Assembly (NCBI GenBank): GCA_000004695.1
Contig: CM000150.2
Location: forward strand, 128,001 to 192,000
Source: Dictyostelium discoideum
Lineage: Eukaryota
Direction: 5' to 3'
Length of the DNA stretch: 64,000 nt
In this document: positions 41,115 through 54,883 of the stretch, one piece after another
Numbering within the stretch: position 1 is the first letter of the stretch
How the letters are laid out: each line of letters opens with the position of its first letter
Translations under genes and position numbers: made by a program
The notes under the pieces: model-generated
What the model was told of the DNA's origin: nothing
Database searches by the model: none
The model's input: the letters and a program-made list of their open reading frames with translations, nothing else

Positions 41115-41504
41115 TGTAAAAGTCACTCACACTAATCTTCAATCCATTGTCACATTTGTTCAATCTTTTATCAAACAGTCCAATCTTTAAAGTAATGTTT
41201 TTTAATATGAAGGATAGAAAGAGTGAAAGACTAATATCATAAAAGTAAACATACATAAAAGAGATAATTAAAAGTAAGGGCGTTATTCCAACTAAACCGA
41301 AAAATCAGAATTTTTATTATTTTTTTAAATTTTAATTTAATTTAATTTTTTTTAATTTAATTTTTTATTTTTTGACTGAAAAAATAAAAAATTAAAAAAT
41401 AAAAATAAAAATTAAATGAAATATTTTTACATGGAGATGCGCGAATTTGTTACGTTGTTGAGCTCATACTAACTTTAAATTAATTTAGTTTTGAGTCTCT
41501 AACA
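41115..41504 (-). repeat. Skipper LTR shared between copy 1 (as 5' LTR) and copy 2 (as 3' LTR)
   Basis: Single LTR separates two complete internal regions. Confidence 0.85.
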
Positions 41505-41547
41505 CCTTCCCCTTCCTTCTTTAGGCTAGCTATGGCTCAGAGGTGGA

Positions 41548-44500
41548 CTATAAACTCTTGGGTGTAACTTTTCTTCCTGATCTAGTTGTTTTAATTTGTA
41601 AACTAAGATCAAGTTCATCATCATCACTTGAAGTATTTTGATTTCTTGATTTTCTTTTCTTTGATTGGTTTCTTTGATTTGAGATGGAGTTTTGTTGTCT
41701 TGGAGTAATTGGTTGCAATGTTTGAGAACTTTGAACTTCTTGGGAGAGTGGAGGTGACACAATTGGCTCAACGGCTTCTGTAGTTACATTCTCTCTTTCT
41801 CTTCTTGAGTTCAATTGTTTCTTCTGCACGTTATTCCAATACTCTCTGACTAACTCTTCACAGTCTGTATCGACTTCTTTGATCCATTCAGGTTCTGGGT
41901 AACCTTTGAACTTCACTAGGTACATCTTTTTGACTTTATCGTGATTGAGAATACTTTCAACTTCGTAACTTGCTTCGTCCATCTCCTCAGGTTCCGGCAT
42001 CGATATCTCTTCTCTTAACCACTCACTGTCCTCGTATAGTTTTACGATTTGATCTTTGTTGAACACATTGTGTTTCTTTGGATAACCTACTAAATCGAGT
42101 GTTACATTATTACCATGAACGGCAGTGATTATGAATGGTCCACAATTCTTGGATTCAAGTTTGTGAGAGATTAGATCTTTTGAAAGATTAGTTTGGAAGA
42201 ATTTTCTTTTAACCATCACCTTTTCTCCGACTACGAAGATAACATCACCACGACCTCGGTTGTAATACTTTTGAGCATTGATTTGAGCATCTAGTATATT
42301 ATCACGGACAATCTTTTTGATGTTGCTCATTGGTATACGAGTCTTTGTTAATGAATTGAAATGATTAACGGGAGTTGGTGGATTGAATCCATAAACGATT
42401 TGGAATGGTGACATCTTTGTAGACTTGCTCATTGATGAGTTCATTGCAAATTCAATAAGTGGAATGATATCTGACCAATTCTCCCCATACTCTGTTGAGG
42501 CTTTAGTTAATATTCTAATAATTTCTCTATTCATTCTTTCAGTTTGACCATCAGCTTGTGCTCTGTGTGCCACAGTCATCTTGAGTTTAGAATCCATCGT
42601 CTTTGCCCATCTCTCCCATATTTCTGAAAGGAATCTTGGATCTCTATCGGAGACGATTGTTCTTGGATAACCATGGAGTCTGAACACATGATTCAACAAT
42701 AATTGAGCGGTATGTTGGGCATCTATTGTCTTATGACATGGAACTATATGAACCATTTTAGATAATCTACAAACAATGACACAAACTTGATCGACTTCAA
42801 CTGTAAATCCGTTTATTGCATACATTGTTTTTGGTAGCGATAAGAAATCGATTGATATATCTCTCCAAACTTCAAAGGGAATTTCTAAACTTTGGAGTAT
42901 ACCATTATCTTTACGGTTAATGTTCAATTGACATGTTGCACAAGACTTTATGTACCTCTTGATAATAGAAAACATTTCTTTGAAATAGTAATCTTGTCTT
43001 ATATTATTGTATGTGATATCTAAAGCGTGATGACCACTATATTTGGTATCGTGATATTCTCTAATGACGGTATGAATAGTTTCTTTATCTATGATGATTA
43101 ATTTCTTGAACCCATCTTCACTAAGGTAACAGATATCATTAATTTCTTCAATGCATAAATTTGGATTCTTTTTCATCTCTAATAGCCATTGAGAATTGAT
43201 TTGTTCTTCCTTAATTTTATTTAAAAACGATTCATCCCATTGGAAATTATCATATTTACGAGATAAAAAATCAGCTATACCATTCTTTTTACCACTTATA
43301 TGTCTTAATTCATAATCAAATTCTTTAATATATTTCATATAATTATCTTGTCTCTTTGTGAACGGTTTATCGTTTGACTTATTGATAATATATGTAAGAT
43401 TTTGGTGATCAGTGTAGATTGAAACCTTTTTACCAATTAATAAATGTTGAAACTTCTTTAGAGAATCAATGATTGAAAGGAACTCTCTATCACCTATGCT
43501 GTACCTCTTTTGAGTATCAGTAAGTTTTCTACTGTGAAACCAAATGACTTTGAATTTATTACCTTGAATTTGATATAATACACCTGATAATGCTTTATCA
43601 CTAACATCACAATACAAGTGAAAACTACCATTGTTTAGATTATTATTATCTGAATGGATTGGCATGTCTGTTGATGCTTTAACCTTTTCGATATCTATTG
43701 GTATGGAGTTATCTTGTTCAATTGGAATAGCGACAATATTTTCACCTTCAAACTCTTTCTTTAGATTATTGAATTCTTTGAGTGATTCATCAGAAAGTGT
43801 TTTCTTGTTTTTTCCTTTTGATTCTTTGGAAAGGTGATAGGTTTTTTCAGCGTAATTTTCAATGTGTCTCCTGAAGAATCCAAAAAGACCTAATGCAGCT
43901 TCAGCTTCTTTGGCGTTTCTTGGTTCAGGTAACTCAGAGATAGCTCTAACCTTTGCAGCTCTTGGAGATATACCATCTTTATGAATGTGGAAACCAAGGA
44001 AATCTACTTCAGTCTTTAACATTTCACTCTTTTCTCTTGAAATGAATAATAGGTACTTTCTACAATATAGAAGCATTCTAATTATTTCAATGAAATGTAC
44101 CATGTAGTCGAGTTTTGAATGAACCAAAAGATCATCAAAGTATTGTAATAAACTTTTGATTTTTCCAAATATTTCGACCATCAATCTGGCGAATGTGGAT
44201 GGAGAGTTGACTAAACCTTGTGGCATTCTAGTATATTCAAATTTACCAATATGTGTAATGAAAGCGGTGTACTTTGCGTGTTCTGGATTAATTAACACTT
44301 GGAAATAACCCATAATCATGTCAAACTTTGAGAAAAGCTTTGAATCTTTACATTGATTTAAAAGACTATCAACCGGAGTGAATGGATGATCGTCTCTAAC
44401 AGTGACTTTATTTAGTTGACGATAGTCGTGGACTACACACCATGAATCTCTCTTCTTTAATAACATGATTGGAGATGAGTAATTTGATTCTGATCTTTTG

Positions 44501-45831
44501 ATAATACCTAAATCTATAAATTTGATAACCATTTCTTCGACATGTCTCTTATGATCATCTGTTGAATAATAGATTTGTTTCTTTGTTGGTTCAACATCTT
44601 GATCTTTCTTTATTATGATATTATGTATGATATTACCTCTTCTGGAATTGTTAATCTGATCTGGAATATCAGGAAGTTTATCTACTATAACATCTTCGAA
44701 TGAATCATTAATGAAATCACGTACTGCTTGTATCTCTTCTTCTTCTGGATTAGTTTTAACCAGTATATCACAAAGTTGTGATGGGATGCTTTCAACAAAC
44801 TTTGTAACTTGTTCTTTGATATCTTCATCATCATCTAGTAGATTATGTGACTGTGACTGATTATCATTGGATACGGTAACATGTTTTCTTGGAGCTTTTA
44901 CATTACAATGTAATTGATTCGACTGTTGATAATTAATTTTGTATGTACTGTTATTCAACTTGATTATTTTATCTTTTTGGTTAATGATAGAGTCCTTAAG
45001 GATATCATTACCGAAAAGTACATCAATGATATCCAATTCTATAATAAAGAAGTTATGAATTTCATTGTTAACTTGTATATTGATTTGTTCAACAAACTCT
45101 TCTTTGACGTCTAGTAGCGGGAAGTTAATCTTGGCTTTCGTTTTGTGAACGTGGTTCTTCATATCTTTTGAAATCAACCTCTTATTGATTAAACTAACAT
45201 TACTTCCAGTATCGAGAATTAATTTGAATTGTTTTTCTTTGGAATGAGAGTTAATTATAATCTTGGGTTTATCCATGTTTTCTCTGTTTGGAACGATTAA
45301 ACATTTTAGAGTCGGAATGAGAGCAGTATCACTTGTACCAGTACTATGTAATAATGAGATGATTGGTTTGTTTGTTTCTTTATCGAATTTAATTGTGTAA
45401 AGCAATTCATCTTCTTCATCATTAATTAATTCTTTACTAGAATTTAATATCTTTGGACGATTGAATATGTTAACAGTATAGTTTTTATCTTGAACATTTG
45501 TTAACTCTGTTGGAGTATTAAATTCAATCTTCTGTGGTTTATACTTCATCTCTGATTCAACAGCTTTTGGAATTGGAACGGTTGTATCAGGAACTAGTTT
45601 TATACCATATGAGTCTTTGACGTATTCTTTAAGTTTGTTGATGTTTTTATGAACATCATGTTGCTGGCTTTGTTGATGTAACTGTTTAACAATGTTTTGA
45701 TTATAAAAAGAGTTAAGAGTATAAAGTGAATCTTTGTTCACTGGGTAATCATTATCCTCAAGGTGATGATATTGTGAAATTTTATAATTTTTATTTAAAA
45801 TCTTTGACTTGGACTCATCACCTTCATCGAG
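41548..45831 (-). CDS. pol: Skipper Pol, copy 2 (3 aa substitutions vs copy 1)
   Basis: 1397-aa ORF plus upstream in-frame extension to gag stop. Confidence 0.85.
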   Translation of the reverse strand, partial: LDEGDESKSKILNKNYKISQYHHLEDNDYPVNKDSLYTLNSFYNQNIVKQLHQQSQQHDVHKNINKLKEYVKDSYGIKLVPDTTVPIPKAVESEMKYKPQKIEFNTPTELTNVQDKNYTVNIFNRPKILNSSKELINDEEDELLYTIKFDKETNKPIISLLHSTGTSDTALIPTLKCLIVPNRENMDKPKIIINSHSKEKQFKLILDTGSNVSLINKRLISKDMKNHVHKTKAKINFPLLDVKEEFVEQINIQVNNEIHNFFIIELDIIDVLFGNDILKDSIINQKDKIIKLNNSTYKINYQQSNQLHCNVKAPRKHVTVSNDNQSQSHNLLDDDEDIKEQVTKFVESIPSQLCDILVKTNPEEEEIQAVRDFINDSFEDVIVDKLPDIPDQINNSRRGNIIHNIIIKKDQDVEPTKKQIYYSTDDHKRHVEEMVIKFIDLGIIKRSESNYSSPIMLLKKRDSWCVVHDYRQLNKVTVRDDHPFTPVDSLLNQCKDSKLFSKFDMIMGYFQVLINPEHAKYTAFITHIGKFEYTRMPQGLVNSPSTFARLMVEIFGKIKSLLQYFDDLLVHSKLDYMVHFIEIIRMLLYCRKYLLFISREKSEMLKTEVDFLGFHIHKDGISPRAAKVRAISELPEPRNAKEAEAALGLFGFFRRHIENYAEKTYHLSKESKGKNKKTLSDESLKEFNNLKKEFEGENIVAIPIEQDNSIPIDIEKVKASTDMPIHSDNNNLNNGSFHLYCDVSDKALSGVLYQIQGNKFKVIWFHSRKLTDTQKRYSIGDREFLSIIDSLKKFQHLLIGKKVSIYTDHQNLTYIINKSNDKPFTKRQDNYMKYIKEFDYELRHISGKKNGIADFLSRKYDNFQWDESFLNKIKEEQINSQWLLEMKKNPNLCIEEINDICYLSEDGFKKLIIIDKETIHTVIREYHDTKYSGHHALDITYNNIRQDYYFKEMFSIIKRYIKSCATCQLNINRKDNGILQSLEIPFEVWRDISIDFLSLPKTMYAINGFTVEVDQVCVIVCRLSKMVHIVPCHKTIDAQHTAQLLLNHVFRLHGYPRTIVSDRDPRFLSEIWERWAKTMDSKLKMTVAHRAQADGQTERMNREIIRILTKASTEYGENWSDIIPLIEFAMNSSMSKSTKMSPFQIVYGFNPPTPVNHFNSLTKTRIPMSNIKKIVRDNILDAQINAQKYYNRGRGDVIFVVGEKVMVKRKFFQTNLSKDLISHKLESKNCGPFIITAVHGNNVTLDLVGYPKKHNVFNKDQIVKLYEDSEWLREEISMPEPEEMDEASYEVESILNHDKVKKMYLVKFKGYPEPEWIKEVDTDCEELVREYWNNVQKKQLNSRRERENVTTEAVEPIVSPPLSQEVQSSQTLQPITPRQQNSISNQRNQSKKRKSRNQNTSSDDDELDLSLQIKTTRSGRKVTPKSL

Positions 45832-46493
45832 TCATTGTTGCTTTTTGGCTGATGGACCTGGATTGGCTTTGGCATCGACCGGATCAATTCTACATGTAGA
45901 TGTGGAGTGATTTGATTTACCACAATTGAGACAGTAGCCTTTGTTTTGACGGTAAACGATGAAACTGCTTCTTATCTTTTTGAGGTCTACCTTAGAGTCT
46001 TTTCTTATTTCGGGTAATATTGCAGCTCTAATCTTATCAGCTTGAGCATCAAAGGAATTCCTGTTATGAGAGTTATGATTTGGAGTAGCATGATTCTTTT
46101 TTAATAGAAACTTCTCATCAGTATTCGATGCAGAATCGGAAGGTCTTCTTCTCGAGAACTTATCAGCATTGTTAAGAACCAACTCGGTGATGGCTTCACG
46201 ACACTCGGTGATATCGGTTTGAGTGTTGAGTTTGATTGCAACATCAGTTTGTAACCAGTCTGGTACGACCATCTTTAACAAAGCAAGGATATTATTATCT
46301 AAAATTGATCTTAGATACTCTAATTGAACTTCAGCAGTACCATGGATGAGATACACCGGATTAATTACATTGTGGTAACTCATAATGGCTTCGATGTTTT
46401 TTATAACATCTTGGGCTGAGTAGCAGTTACGATGGTTAATAGCTTCGACTACTTTAGTGTTGGCAGCTTCGTAGTCAGTTTTGAATGGAACCA
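45832..46493 (-). CDS. gag: Skipper Gag, copy 2, 5' part lost in assembly gap
   Basis: Identical to copy-1 gag C-terminal 220 aa; runs into N-run. Confidence 0.7.
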
Positions 46494-46593
46494 NNNNNNN
46501 NNNNNNNNNNNNNNNNNNNNNNNNNNNNNNNNNNNNNNNNNNNNNNNNNNNNNNNNNNNNNNNNNNNNNNNNNNNNNNNNNNNNNNNNNNNNN
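46494..46593. other. 100-N scaffold gap
   Basis: Run of n. Confidence 1.
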
Positions 46594-47916
46594 TGGCATT
46601 ACTATTGCTACTGTTTCCTGTAGTGTTATTACCACTTGAGTTAACTGATTTCTTGACATTGGACTTGGAATGATAATTCAATTTTAACAATGATTGTTTA
46701 GCTTCGTTGTTCTTTCTGATTGACTTGGCTAGCTTTCTTACACGTTCAGTTTCAGTTTCATCAAACATCTTTGGTGTATCCTTGATCTTAATTGGTAAGA
46801 GTACTTCAGAACCATAGATTTCTTTAGCGATGTTGTTACGACGGACACGACTAAGCGATGCTTGAGCATTAACGGCTAAGACGATTGCACTCTGAGTTAA
46901 ATAACTAATAAGTTCTACATCGACATTAGAGCTATCAGATGATAACATACTTGACATGAGAAGCAAAGGTTTTAAGCTATCGTTGATTCGCTTTTCGACA
47001 ATCAACAAGTCAGTATCATTGTTCTTGACGTTGGATGATACAGAAATACCTTCAGGTGTACCGAATGGAGCGACATTCACTTGGATGTGAGATGGAAAGT
47101 TGAATACTTTATTCAATGCGGATATCTTATCTTTCTTGAGTACATTCTTCGACAAGTGAAAACCTATTGTTTACCATATGTTTGTACTGACCAAGTAAAG
47201 TATCGGATAATTGATAATCGGTTGGAACATCGACATTGTTACTTGATTCATCTTCACTTTGTTCATTCTCGGTGTCAGAGTTATCATGAGAAGGTTGGCT
47301 ACGTGAATTGGTATTATATGAGAACATAGGTTCTTTCATGAATCTAGTAAAGGCTAAGGAAAGGTTGTTGATTTGATCCTCCATTGATTTCATTCTTAAA
47401 TCAAAGGATTCAGCGCTATTAAAGGCAGAGGTATTGCTACTAAAGGCTTCATATTATTATTATCAGTGGTAGACATATTTTATTGTTGATATCTAAAATT
47501 ATAATATGAGAAAAATAATAATATTAAAAATTTATAAAGAGAAATAATTATTTGTATAAAATTTGTGTGTGTGTGTATCTTAAATATATATAGGAGGAAT
47601 TCCCAAATAAAAATTGTTTTTAGTTTTTAGTGCTACTATTTATACGTTTTTATTTTCTTAAAAATTTCGCAAAACTCAAAAAAATAAGAGTTTTCGACCC
47701 TTCACAACTTTGTGCATAGTGTCGGTTCGGAATTTTTCAGTTTTTCGACCTTGCGCAATGATCGCGTCATTGTGCCGGTTCGAAATTTTTACTTTTCTTT
47801 CGAAAATTTTTTATTCTTCGAATGTTCTAGAACATTCTAAAAAATTATCTTAAATATTTGGGAAATTCAAATAAATAAATGTTATTCATAATATATATAT
47901 ATATATGATAATATAA

Positions 47917-49445
47917 AAGACTGATCAATACCCATCACTAATTTACCATTAGGGCAGGGGATCTCACGGATACTAGATTGCGCAAAACTTCCCGTATTCT
48001 CATCAATAAGAAGATATGTGGTGATTGTATCCACAGTGGGGGCTGGGATGGTCCCAATGCCGTGTTCCAGGCCTGATAAAACTTATCAGAATTAGAACCG
48101 CCATCTTGCACAACTATCGCTGGTGTTAATGTAGCAGCCGCAACAAACAACCCTTGATCAAATTTTAATCTATTTCCTGCCTTCGCACTAATACGCACAT
48201 CTCAACTATCGGAAGCAGGACCCGCCATCATATTTAAAATGATAGGTGTGCCGCCATCTTCCATGTACGCTATGAGTGTTGCGTTCTGAATTGTAGGACC
48301 TAGTGCACCATTACCGTAAGCTTGAATGAACTGGCCCTTAGGGGTAGGAATACCGTTATCGCGCCTGGAGCTGATAATATTTCGTTGTCCGTAACATCCT
48401 GTTTCGTGTAAGCCGTGTGAGTAGCCACTGATACTTTGGGTGCTGTAAAGACGTCTTTCACAATGTCATTAATCTCTGCAGCGGTCACAACACCGCCCTG
48501 GATAACTTCCTCTATGTCTGGTAATCCTCCGTTACCACCACCACCGCCCGCTAATGCGATTATATCGCCTAACGTTGCTTTCCTTAAGGCTAATCGTCCA
48601 TCTTCATTTAGTTGGGAAATCGCAACAATCTCCTGACCCGTTATAGTTTGAGCTGCTGGTAATGTAGAAAATTTAACAGCCATAATAACGCTCCATAATT
48701 CAACCGATTTAAATGCTAAAATATCAATATATTGCAATGGTCAAAGCATGGGGTTTTATAGGAGCCCTACTAGACTCTCTCGTTTAAACTTTATACACTA
48801 CTTATTATTATTGATTTAAAAATGAGTGCAGGACTCATTAAGGCTTGCACAGGGAATTGAACCCCAATCCACGTTATCGTTGGTGGCTCTAGGCCGCTGT
48901 GAGCTACATACATTCTGTCAGAAAGGTAACCTACGTCCCTCCAACTTTAACGCACTCTATTGTTGAGCTATACAAGCATAACATAAATGACCCAGCCTCG
49001 CAGTATTTATTACATTCGCAGCGGCGATGCACGCCTAACCACACAGTTTATGAACCCACTAGATTATCAGATCCCGACTGGAAGTTTTGTCACGAACTCT
49101 ATTGTAGGGTAATTAATCCTACGGTCAAGCCGTCTACCAATTAGTTAAGTACCTAGTAAATGTTCAACGATTAAGACATCATCCTCTGGACTCAGTCCGT
49201 ATCTGTTCTTTGCGTGTCTGGCTATTACTGGCTTATTTGTTTGCAGTGGGTCTTTGCTATCATCGCTGAGACTTGGATGATAAAAATACCAACCAAGTCT
49301 TGTTCACCGCTCCACGTATAAGGGGAAAATATTGTCTCCTCAAGACAGCCCGAAGGTAGTCGGTGGCTAACCACAGCCCAACTCACCTTTTGCTCAGGAT
49401 TTACCCTAAAAGGCTATTAACTTTATAACCTCATCTTTGAGTGCG
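47917..49445. other. GC-normal island A' (duplicate of 8753-10281) including tail-fibre-like CDS 48300..48683 (-)
   Basis: Identical translation products. Confidence 0.6.
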
Positions 49446-50926
49446 ATTAGCTTTCCTTTTAAACCAGCAAGCTTTCTTGGGGAGCAACAATCTAGTTTTA
49501 AAAGTTTCTTATTTCCTTGATGACACTTTTCTTCTTTTCTTTGGGAACAAGAAGCTTCATTGATTTTGAATCGATTTGTAATCCGAGAAATGTAATTGAT
49601 TGAGTTGGTTCAAGAACAATCTTTTCTAGATTCAGCTTGAAACCTAGTTTGACAAGTAAGTCCATTGTCTTTTTGAGGTTGGATAAACATTCTTCTTTTG
49701 TTGAACCGACGATTAATAGATCGTCCAAGTAAGCGATTACGGACACGTTGATATCTCTCAACATTCGAAGTACATGTCTTAACAACATTGTAAAGATACG
49801 AGGAGCTGTCGATAACCCGAACGGCATTGTTTTCCAACGGTAGTGCGAACCTTTCCACACGAAGCGGAATAAGTCTCTGTATTGCGGATCTACTAAAACG
49901 TGGAGGTAGGCTTTCTTGATATCGAGTTTTACCATGTAATAACCTTGTTTGACCATTGACGGTAGATTCTTGATTCCTTCCATCTTGAATGATTGGTTGT
50001 TGATGTAAGTGTTTATTTATATTATCATATATATATATATTATGAATAACATTTATTTATTTGAATTTCCCAAATATTTAAGATAATTTTTTAGAATGTT
50101 CTAGAACATTTGAAGAATAAAAAATTTTCAAAAGAAAAGTAAAAATTTCGAACAGGCACAATGACGAGATAATTGCGCAAGGTCGAAAAACATAAAAATA
50201 CCGAACCGACACAATGCACAAATTTGTGAAGGGTCGAAAACACTTATTTTTTTGAGTTTTGCGAAATTTTTAAGAAAATAAAAACGTATAAATAGTAGCA
50301 CTAAAAACTAAAACAATTTGATTTATTTTATTTGGGAATTCCTCCTATATATATTTAAGATATACACACACACAAATTTTATACAAATAATTATTTCTCT
50401 TTATTAATTTTTAATATTATTATTTTTCTCATATTATAATTTTAGATATCAAAAATAAAATATGTCTACAACTGTTAATAATAATTATACCTCTAGTAGT
50501 AGTACCTCTGCCTCTAATAGCGCTGAATCCTTTGATTTAAGAATGAAATCAATGGAGGATCAAATCAACAACCTTTCTTTAGACTTTACAAGATTCATGA
50601 AAGAACCTATGTTCTCATCTAATACCAATTCACGTAGCCAACCTTCTCATGATGATTCTGACACTGAGAATGAACAAAGTGAAGATGAATCAAGTAACAA
50701 TGTCGATGTTCCAACCGATTATAAATTATCCGATACCTTACTTGGTCAGTACAAACATATGGTAAACAATCAAGGTTTACTCGTCGAAGAAGAATGTATC
50801 CTCAAGAAAGATGAGATATCCGAATTGAATAAAGTATTCAACTTTCCATCCAACTTCCAAGTCAACGTCGCTCCATTCGGTACACCTGAAGGTATTACTG
50901 TATCATCCAACGTCAAGAACAATGAT
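49446..50926. mobile_element. Duplicate of DIRS RT fragment (-) plus ITR/ORF1 5' fragment (+)
   Basis: Offset +39164 from 10282-11762. Confidence 0.75.
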
Positions 50927-51583
50927 TAATGTAAAAAAATAAAAAAAAATAATAAAAAAAATGAAACCATAAAACATAAATAAAATGATATGTTTTATTT
51001 TTTAATTTAATTTTGTATAAATATTTGTGAATACAATGAGAAATAATATACCGGGTTACACTGAATTATATAAATAATAACATAATCTTTCTGAAAAACT
51101 TATTAATTTTTTTTTTTTTTTTTTTTTATTTTTTTATTTTTTTTTTTTTTAGTAATTGTTGACTAAAACCTATAAATATTTTCATTTATGTAACTACTGT
51201 ATTCTAAACTTAACTATAATTATATATTTGATATGTGTTTATTAATAATTTACCATTATAAATTGTAAAATAATTTTTAATTTTTTTTTTTTTTACCTTT
51301 TTTTTTATCTTTAATTTTTTTTTATCTTTTTTTTTTAACCTTTTTTTTTTATCTTTTTTTAACCTTTTTTTTATCTTTTTTTTTTTTTTTCTAAAATATT
51401 ATTGCTACATTTGTTGTTAAAAAAAAATAGGAATTTTATTTTTTTTTTATATTTTTTTTCATCACACATTCACAAACATGCTTTATTTTTTAAAAAAAAA
51501 ATATTTAAATTAAAAAAACATGCTTTATTTTTTTTTACAAAAATAAATTTTTTTTTTTTTATTTTTTTTTTTAAACCTATAAA

Positions 51584-53899
51584 CACAGCAAAGAAAAATG
51601 CACCTTTAAAGCAAATTTAAAGTAAAGTTGATTTAAATTGGATTTAAATTGAATTTAAAGCCGCGTTTAAAAAATTCATTTTTAAGGTAATTTTTAAGGT
51701 AATTTTTAAGATATTTAAAAATGCCTTTAAAATTTGCTTAAAAATTTATTTTAAAGGTAATTTTAAAGGTGATTTTTAAGGTAATTTTTAAAATGATTTT
51801 TAAGATATTTAAAAATACCTTTAAAATTTATTTTAAATTAATTTTAAATAGGATTTAAAGTAGATTTAAAGTAGATTTAAAGTGAATTTAAATTTCCTTA
51901 ATATATAAATTTAAGGTTTTTAATAAAAAAGATCTAATTATAGATAAAAAAAATGGGGATAAAATATTCTATCATTTTTAAATTTTCATCAAAGCAATCA
52001 AATGGTCGGGGGATCGAATCCCTTTTGGTAATTTTTGAAAAAATTAAAAAAAAAAAATTTAAAAAATTTATCCGTTAAATAACGGCTTCGAACTCAGGAC
52101 CTCGCTTTTAAAGCGATTAAAAAGGTAATTTTAAAGGTAATTTTAAAGGTAATTTTAAAGGTGATTTTAAAGTAACCTTAAAAATTACCTTTCAAATTAC
52201 CTTTAAAATTGCTTTAATTCAGGACTTTAAAGCAAATTTAAATTTAATTTAAAGCGAATTTAAAGGTGGTTTTTTCTTTGCTGTGAAATATTTTGCTTTT
52301 TTTTTTTTTTTTTTTTTTTTATTATTTTTTTTTACCAACACATAACGACTCTTCCTTACTTATAATATATAAGCAAATAACATTAAAAAAATTGTTAAAT
52401 TATTTACATAACTTTTACGTAAAAACGAACGGATTTTTATTTTTATTTTTATTTTTTTTCAATTTTTTTTTTTTTTGTTTCGGTTATTATTTTTCAGACT
52501 TAAATTATTATTTATAAATTAAATATAAAAAATAATATTGCATCATCTGGAAATGGTAATTATTTAAATTGATATTATCCAACTTCGCTTATTTTAAATA
52601 AAAATGAAACTGCACTAAATCAAAACTGGTAAGGTAAGATGATTTTTAAGGTAATTTTTAAGATAATTTTTAAGATATTTAAAAAATACCTTTAAAATTT
52701 ATTTTAAATTAATTTTAAATAGGATTTAAAGTAGATTTAAAGTATATTTAAAGTGAATTTAAATTTCCTTTAAGTATAAATTTAAGGTTTTTAATTAAAA
52801 AGATCCATTTTTAGATCAAAAAAATGGGGATAAAATATTCTACCATATTTAAATTTTCATCAAAGCAATCAAATGGTGTAATGGTTGATGAGACTATCCT
52901 TTGATAGAGGGTCGGGGGATCGAATCCCTTTTGGTAATTTTTGAGAAATTAAAAAAAAAAATTTTAAAAAATTTATCCGTTAAATAACGGCTTCGAACCC
53001 AGGACCTCGCTTTTAAAGCGATTAAAAAGGTAATTTTAAAGGTAATTTTAAAGGTAATTTTTAAGGTGATTTTAAAGTAACCTTAAAAATTACCTTTAAA
53101 ATTACCTTAAAAATTGCTTTAATTCAGGACTTTAAATTCGCTTTAAATTAAATTTAAATTTGCTTTAAAGGTGGTTTTTTCTTCGCTGTGTTAATGCCGA
53201 TTTTTTTCATTTTTTGTTTTGTTTCTAATTTTATTTTGAGGATTTGAAAAATCTTGTTTATTTGGTTTTGAATTGTGAAAGTCAATAATATCTTTTTGAT
53301 TTCTAAAATTTCCTTCTTTTAATAAATAATCGACACCTCTTGGTTTATCACATGTATGACATGAGAAATCATTGCAATTATAATGGTTAATCCTACAAGA
53401 TGATCTAAATTCTGTTATATGCATTGTTAATCCATATGGTATAATTTCATAATCATTTTCATTATTATCTTTAATTTTTAATTTATTATTAAATTGCGCT
53501 GAAAATAATTTTTTAATTGTTTGATGTATATTGTGAAACCATTCTTTTGGAACAATAAAAAAAACAATTTTATTATTTTTAAAAAATGGACCAACATAAT
53601 TTTCAAAATCTACCAATAATGTATAATCTGATCTACCTTGATGACTCATTCCTTCACTAAATATTCTTAATAAAATAAATTTATATAAAATTGAATTTTT
53701 TATTTTATTAAACTGTTCTCCAGATTTATAATTTTTATAAATACCTTGCTCATAGTCTTTTGAGAAATCTAAATATTCTAAAAAATTTTTTTTTTCAATT
53801 AATAATTTAACAACTGAATAAATTTCAAAATAAAAAATTGACTCTTCATTTGTAACTCAAAAAGTGACCATCGATAGGTAAATTTGCTAAAAATATAGA
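51584..53899. mobile_element. Duplicates of MITE-like copies (51584-52285; 52638-53191) and transposase fragment (53191-53899, minus)
   Basis: Offset +39164. Confidence 0.55.
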
Positions 53900-54883
53900 A
53901 TCCATACACAGCGAAGAAAAAACCACCTTAAAAGCAAATTTAATCTAAAAAAAAAACAAAAAAAGTATTATTTTAGATTTCTTCAACTTCATCAATAATA
54001 TCAATGCTTTCAAAACCAATCACCAGTTCTTTTAAAATAAATTGATACTACAATTAAATAATAGCTGGTAAGTTAATATAATTTTTTTTTAAAAAAAAAA
54101 AAAATTAAAAAAAAAAAAAAAATAAATAATAATAATAAAATAAAATAGATAGACTAATTTGAAAAATAATAATTATATTTTAGGTTACCTTTCTTATTAT
54201 ACCAACAACCACTTCTTTTCAATCAAATTGATACTTCACTTATATAATAACTGGTAAGTCAATATAATTTTTTTTTTTTAAAAAAAAAATAATAATATAA
54301 AATAAAGAGATTAATATAATTTAAACAATTATATTTTAGGTTGTTTCTTCTTTTATTAGAACCTGTAAAGTAAATGCTTTTGGTACAAATTATAATGGAA
54401 ATAAAGTTCTGCTTTTCAAATTAGTCAATTATAAATGTTGTATTACCATTAAATAAAAAAAATTTCTGATTTCAAATACTTTTACTTTTTAATTAATTCT
54501 TTTTTTTTTTTTTTTTTTTTTAAATTTATTTTAAATTATTATTATAAAATGTTATTTTTAATTTTTATTTTTAAGTATTCTTATTAAGTGAACTTTATAA
54601 TTACCCTTAATAATTACCCTTATTAATTATAATTAATAATTCCACTTAATAGTTATACTTAATAATTATACTTAATAATTTTAATTATTAATTATATTTT
54701 ATTATTATACTTAATAATTATGCTTAATAAATATACTTTTTAATTATACTTAATAAATATACTTAATAAATATACTTTTTAATTATACTTATTAATTATA
54801 CTTAATAAATATACTTAATAATTATACTTAATAATTATACTTAATAAATATACTTATTAAGTATACTTAATAATAGTACTATT

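Larger units (their letters stand above)
34508..41504 (-). mobile_element. Skipper LTR retrotransposon copy 1 (LTR-pol-gag-leader-LTR, minus strand), Ty3/gypsy chromovirus
   Basis: 390-bp LTRs TGTTAG...TTTACA, gag with CCHC knuckle, pol PR-RT-RH-IN-chromodomain. Confidence 0.85.
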